Part shown: positions 59,758-64,000 of the stretch, one piece after another
How positions within the stretch are numbered: position 1 is the stretch's first letter
How the letters are laid out: each line of letters starts with the position of its first letter
From: Phyllosticta citribraziliensis
Lineage: Eukaryota
Length of the DNA stretch: 64,000 bases
Direction: 5' to 3'
Assembly: GCF_038025025.1 (NCBI RefSeq)
Contig: NW_027117353.1
Coordinates: forward strand, 186,001-250,000
The notes under the pieces: model-generated
What the model was told of the DNA's origin: nothing
What the model saw: only the letters and a program-made list of their open reading frames with translations
Databases searched by the model: none
Position numbers and translations under genes: made by a program

Positions 59758-62405
59758 ATGCCGGTCCAGAAAAAGGTTAGGAAGACCTCGCTGCCTCTCG
59801 AGACCACTGCTAACGTCTCTTTTACAGCACGGCAAGGGCCGCCTCGACAAATGGTACCATCTCGCCAAGGAGAAGGGCTACCGCGCCCGTGCCTCCTTCA
59901 AGCTCATCCAGTTGAACAAGAAGTTCAACTTTTTGGAGAAGAGCAGAGTCTTGATCGATCTTTGCGCAGCGCCAGGAGTATGGTCTCTCCATCTCCCTAT
60001 GACTGTATCTGCTGACGACCCTCCAGTCATGGTGTCAAGTCGCCGCCGAGGTCATGCCCCCAAACAGCCTCATCGTTGGTGTCGATTTGGCTCCGATCAA
60101 GCCCATCCCTCGCGTTATTTCCTTCCAAAGCGATATTACGACTGAAAAGTGCCGCGCGACGCTCCGACAACATCTCAAAACTTTCAAAGCCGACACCGTC
60201 CTCCACGATGGCGCGCCCAACGTCGGAACGGCTTGGGTTCAAGACGCCTTTACACAAGCAGAGCTGGTGCTTCAATCCCTGAAGCTTGCGACTGATTTCC
60301 TCCGCGAGGGTGGTACCTTTGTGACCAAGATTTTCCGCTCCAAGGACTACAACTCGCTTCTCTGGGTTTTCCAACAGCTCTTCGAGAAGGTTGAGGCGAC
60401 CAAGCCCCCCTCCTCGCGCAATGTCTCCGCCGAGATTTTCGTCGTCTGTAGAGGTTACAAAGCTCCTAAGCGCATGGATCCCAAATTCTTGGACTCCCGC
60501 TCCGTCTTCGCCGAACTCGCTGCACCCGCGCCGAACAACGAGGCCAAAGTCTTCAACCCGGAGGTAAAGAAGCGCAAGAGGGAGGGTTACGAGGAGGGAG
60601 ACTACACTCAATTCCACGAGGCCCCTGTCAGCGAATTTATCCAAACCACGGACCCCATTGCTATGCTGGGCAGCTTGAACAAGCTCAGCTTCGAACAAAA
60701 GCCCAATGGCGACGTTGCTCAAGCAACCATTGCAAAGCTGCCAGATACTACGGATGAGATCAGGGCATGCTGTGATGACCTCAAAGTTCTGGGACGCGCG
60801 GATTTCAAGCGCTTGCTGCGTTGGAGGTTGCGGGTCCGTGAAATCTTTGGCTTCTCTTCGAAGCAAAAGAAGAACGAGGAAGAAAAGGCAGAGGAGGAAG
60901 TGGCAGAGGTTGAGCCAATGGACGAAGAGATGCAGATCCAGGAGGAGATGCAAAGACTACGCGAACAGGATGATTCTCGGAAAAAGAAGGAGAGGAGGAA
61001 AGAGAATGAGCGCAAGCAGCGCGAAATCGTCCGCATGCAGCTCCACATGACTACGCCCATGGAAATCGGTATGGAACAACAAGGTCCCAGTGGCGAGGAC
61101 GCCATGTTCCAGCTCAAGCAAGTCGACAAGGCGGGCGCGCTTGGCAAGATTGCAAAAGGCAAGATGGCTATTGTCGAAGACAAGGCCAAGGAGCAGAGCG
61201 GCGACGAGGATGAAGACGAAAGCGATCCTGAGGAGGACCTCCTTGACCAGGAACTTGAGTCCATGTACGAGCAGTACCAGGAACGCAAATCGGCCTCGGA
61301 CGCAAAGTATCGCGCGAAGAAAGCTCGCAAAGAGTCTGGAAAGGAGATTGACGATGATGACTTCGAAGGCTTTTCTGATGGGGAGAAGGAAGAGAGTAGC
61401 GAGGATGAACTCATGGAAGATGCCGACAGTGACGAGTCTTCTGATGACGAGGATGGTCCCAAGTCTCTGGTCACGGATCTGTCGAAGGACAAGACTGAGG
61501 GTGGATTGACGAGGAGAGCAGCCATGTTCTTTGATCAGGATATATTCAAGGGCATTGATGGTCTGGATGACGTCCCTGGCGATGACAGCGGCATTGATGT
61601 TGCAAGCAAGTCGACGTCTCCCGAAGACAAGAAGGCGTCTACGACGAAGCAAGCAAAGGCTGAAAAGCCCAAGAAGGAGGCAAAGGTTGTGGAGGAGAGT
61701 GAGGATGAATCCGAGGAGGACGCCGAGGAGGACGCCGAGGAGGACGAGTGGTCTTCGGATGAAGAGGAAGCCAAATCAGGCTTCGAAACCGTCAAGCGCG
61801 ACGAGACTCAGTGGGACCATGACTCCATACCCATGAAGGATGGTCGGCCAGACATCGACATTATTACAGCCGAAGCCATGACCCTGGCCCAGCAGCTTGC
61901 GTCTGGCAAAAAGACCAAGGAAGACCTTCTTGACGACAACTTCAACCGCTACTCGCACCGCGATGTTGACGGCCTACCTGAATGGTTCCTCGATGACGAG
62001 AACAAGCACGCCCGGATCCAGCGCCCAGTCACGGCTGCCGCGGCTGCCGCAATCAAAGAAAAGCTGCGCGCTCTCAACGCCCGGCCCATCAAAAAGGTGC
62101 AAGAAGCCAAGGCTCGCAAGAAGTTCCACGCGGCACAGAAGCTGGAGAAGCTCAAGAAGAAGAGTGCTCTGCTGGAGAACGAGGAGGGAATGACGGAGAA
62201 GGAGAAGGCGCAGAGCATCGTGAAACTCATGTCCAGGGCGGCCAAGAAGAAGCCGAAGAAGAAGGTCGCGGTCGTCGTGGCCAGGGGCGGCAACAGAGGT
62301 ATTAGCGGTAGGCCCAAGGGTACCAAGGGCAAGTATAAGATGGTGGATGCACGGTTGAAGAAGGACATTCGGGGAATGAAGCGGGCCGCGAAGAAGAAGA
62401 AGTAA
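59758..62405 (+). CDS. SPB1: AdoMet-dependent 25S rRNA 2'-O-methyltransferase Spb1, 3 exons
   Basis: [62 protein letters not shown] and C-terminal KGKYKMVD. Confidence 0.96.
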
Positions 62406-62737
62406 AGGACGCTACTCTGCTGCATTTGATGGCGTTGGGTAGTTGGAAAAGGAAATGCACTTGTATATCATGGGATTTTCTGACCTCGATAAAAGTTGTC
62501 GAGGCTAATAAAAGCAGTTTGTTTCTTTGCTCAGGTCGCAATTGGCTCTGCTCTCACCAAGACCGTCCGGTAGACGACTTGGCACACCAAGCTTTGTTAT
62601 GTCATCACACTTGTCTTCCTTATCGCCTCCGGTGTCGGTGTAATTCACGAACCAGACCTACAATCATCAAAGGTTCATTTACTCATACACATCCCAAAGC
62701 TTCAGCATCTCCGAGTTTGAATCTAGATGCTGTCAGA

Positions 62738-64000
62738 ATGGACGTTCCGGCTGCAGCGAATGTCCTTGGAACAATTGGGGCGGTAAGTCGCATCAAACTA
62801 TATCGTAGAGAGAAGCAGGGAGAAAGCTGATCCATAACCTTCGCGCAGGTTTGCTGGTCTATTCAGGTATGTATCTTCAATTTCTACCCCCAGTCATGTC
62901 TCAAGAGAACCCTGGTTTTGGGAAGAGACACTTGCGCCATCGCGACTTGCGAGCCGACTGAAACTATGCACGCTGTTCTTTTTTCACTTTTTGTCGGCGC
63001 TAATTGTCTGCAGTTAATCCCCCAAATCATCATAAATTACCGCCGACACCATGCAATCGGCCTCCAGCCAGGCATGATGGTCCTGTGGGCATGGGCTGGT
63101 GTCCCTCTTGGAGCGTACAATATTGTCCGAAACTTCAACGTCGCACTGCAAGTGCAGCCGCAGATATTGACGGCGCTGAGCCTGCTCACGTGGGGACAGT
63201 GTGTTTATTACCAAAAAGTGAGTTTACTTTTTTTGTGACTGCGGAATGCAATGCGGACTCCCGCTTTTTCCACGTCTTCGACTGCTTCTTGACCTTTAGA
63301 CCTACCTTCTTACATATGCCGGGCATCAGAAAAAGTCTCTCTATGAGACAACACTGCTCGCACTTCCCCTGGCTCTTATCATGGGTGGGACACAAGCCGC
63401 CATCATTCTCCTTCTCCGACATTACATCTCGTCCTCCACTCTCGCGCACACCAACCCTATCCACGCCACCACGCAAACCTGGCCATTGCCGACCCTCGCC
63501 GCCCTCTCTGCGCTACTCCTGGCTCTCGGTGTCGGCAGGCATTACATCGACATCTATCAACACCGCAGCGTCCGCGGCATTTCGTTCCTCTTTGTCGGCA
63601 TCGATGCTGCCGGCGATGTTTTCAGCGCGCTGAGCATCGTGTTCCAGAGCGAAGTCGATGTCATAGGCATCGTTGCCTACGCCTTGGAGTTCGTGCTGTG
63701 GATGGGTGTGTTTGCTTGCGGAGTTGCCTTCAATTTGAGGCCATGGCTTAGGCGCAAGTGCAGAAGAGGTGAGCACGATGAAGGGTGTGACTTGGGATTT
63801 GGTGAAAGAACAGGCTCTGCGGTTGCTTCTGGAATCGATGTTCGTGCCCCAGACTCTGAGTCGGCTGTTGGGACTATTGCCCTTCACAATCTTCCTTCGT
63901 CGACGTCTGTGTTCAGGACGCCATCCAGTGAGACCGCGATTTCTGGCGCTCGACCCAGAGCTGCTCCTGGCGGAAGGACTTCTGCAAGTGAAGGGCATCC
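62738..64000 (+). CDS. PQ-loop repeat membrane transporter, truncated by the window end; 18-nt microexon at 62849-62866
   Basis: ANVLGTIGA|VCWSIQ|LIPQIIINYRRH..GL, QVQPQI, HRSVRGISFLFVGIDAAGDVFS. Exon 4 is open from 63330 to the end of the window. Confidence 0.85.

Noticed and set aside
60027..61652. Several minus-strand ORFs of 230-310 aa
   Set aside because: Antisense shadows of SPB1.
1..64000. tRNA, rRNA, CRISPR, transposon, RIP-degraded repeat or secondary-metabolite cluster
   Set aside because: No T-loop/cloverleaf, spacer array, transposase/RT motif, terminal repeats, AT-rich block or backbone synthase seen by eye; the gene set looks like unrelated housekeeping neighbours.

Overview
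Gene-dense eukaryotic DNA from a filamentous ascomycete (Pezizomycotina; Dothideomycetes is a weak guess). Evidence is short GT-AG introns with CTRAC/CTAAT branch sites and the orthologue set. I reconstructed 21 protein-coding genes by hand, most of them spliced, so the ORF track fragments them. Recognisable genes: two MFS transporters, Rab4, PAF-acetylhydrolase, TFIIA (TOA1), RAX1, mitochondrial ThrRS, RMD8, NPR2, BAP31/YET, a hybrid histidine kinase, GTPBP1, RFA3, a YML020W-like hydrolase, SPB1 and a PQ-loop protein. Poorly characterised genes: a degenerate LOV-like protein, a 600-aa membrane orphan, a stand-alone SRA/YDG protein, a conserved helical membrane protein and a 1914-aa repeat-containing orphan. 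I saw no tRNA, rRNA, CRISPR array or transposon. The best leads are (1) a long nested RNA hairpin in the unusually long TOA1 intron 2, (2) an SRA protein with a TFIIS-N-like helical domain and MCB boxes upstream, (3) an RGS-less degenerate LOV-DUF protein, (4) repeat units in the 1914-aa orphan and (5) a splice-revealed PTS1 on the YML020W-like hydrolase. All family calls are from motif recognition by eye; no searches were run.
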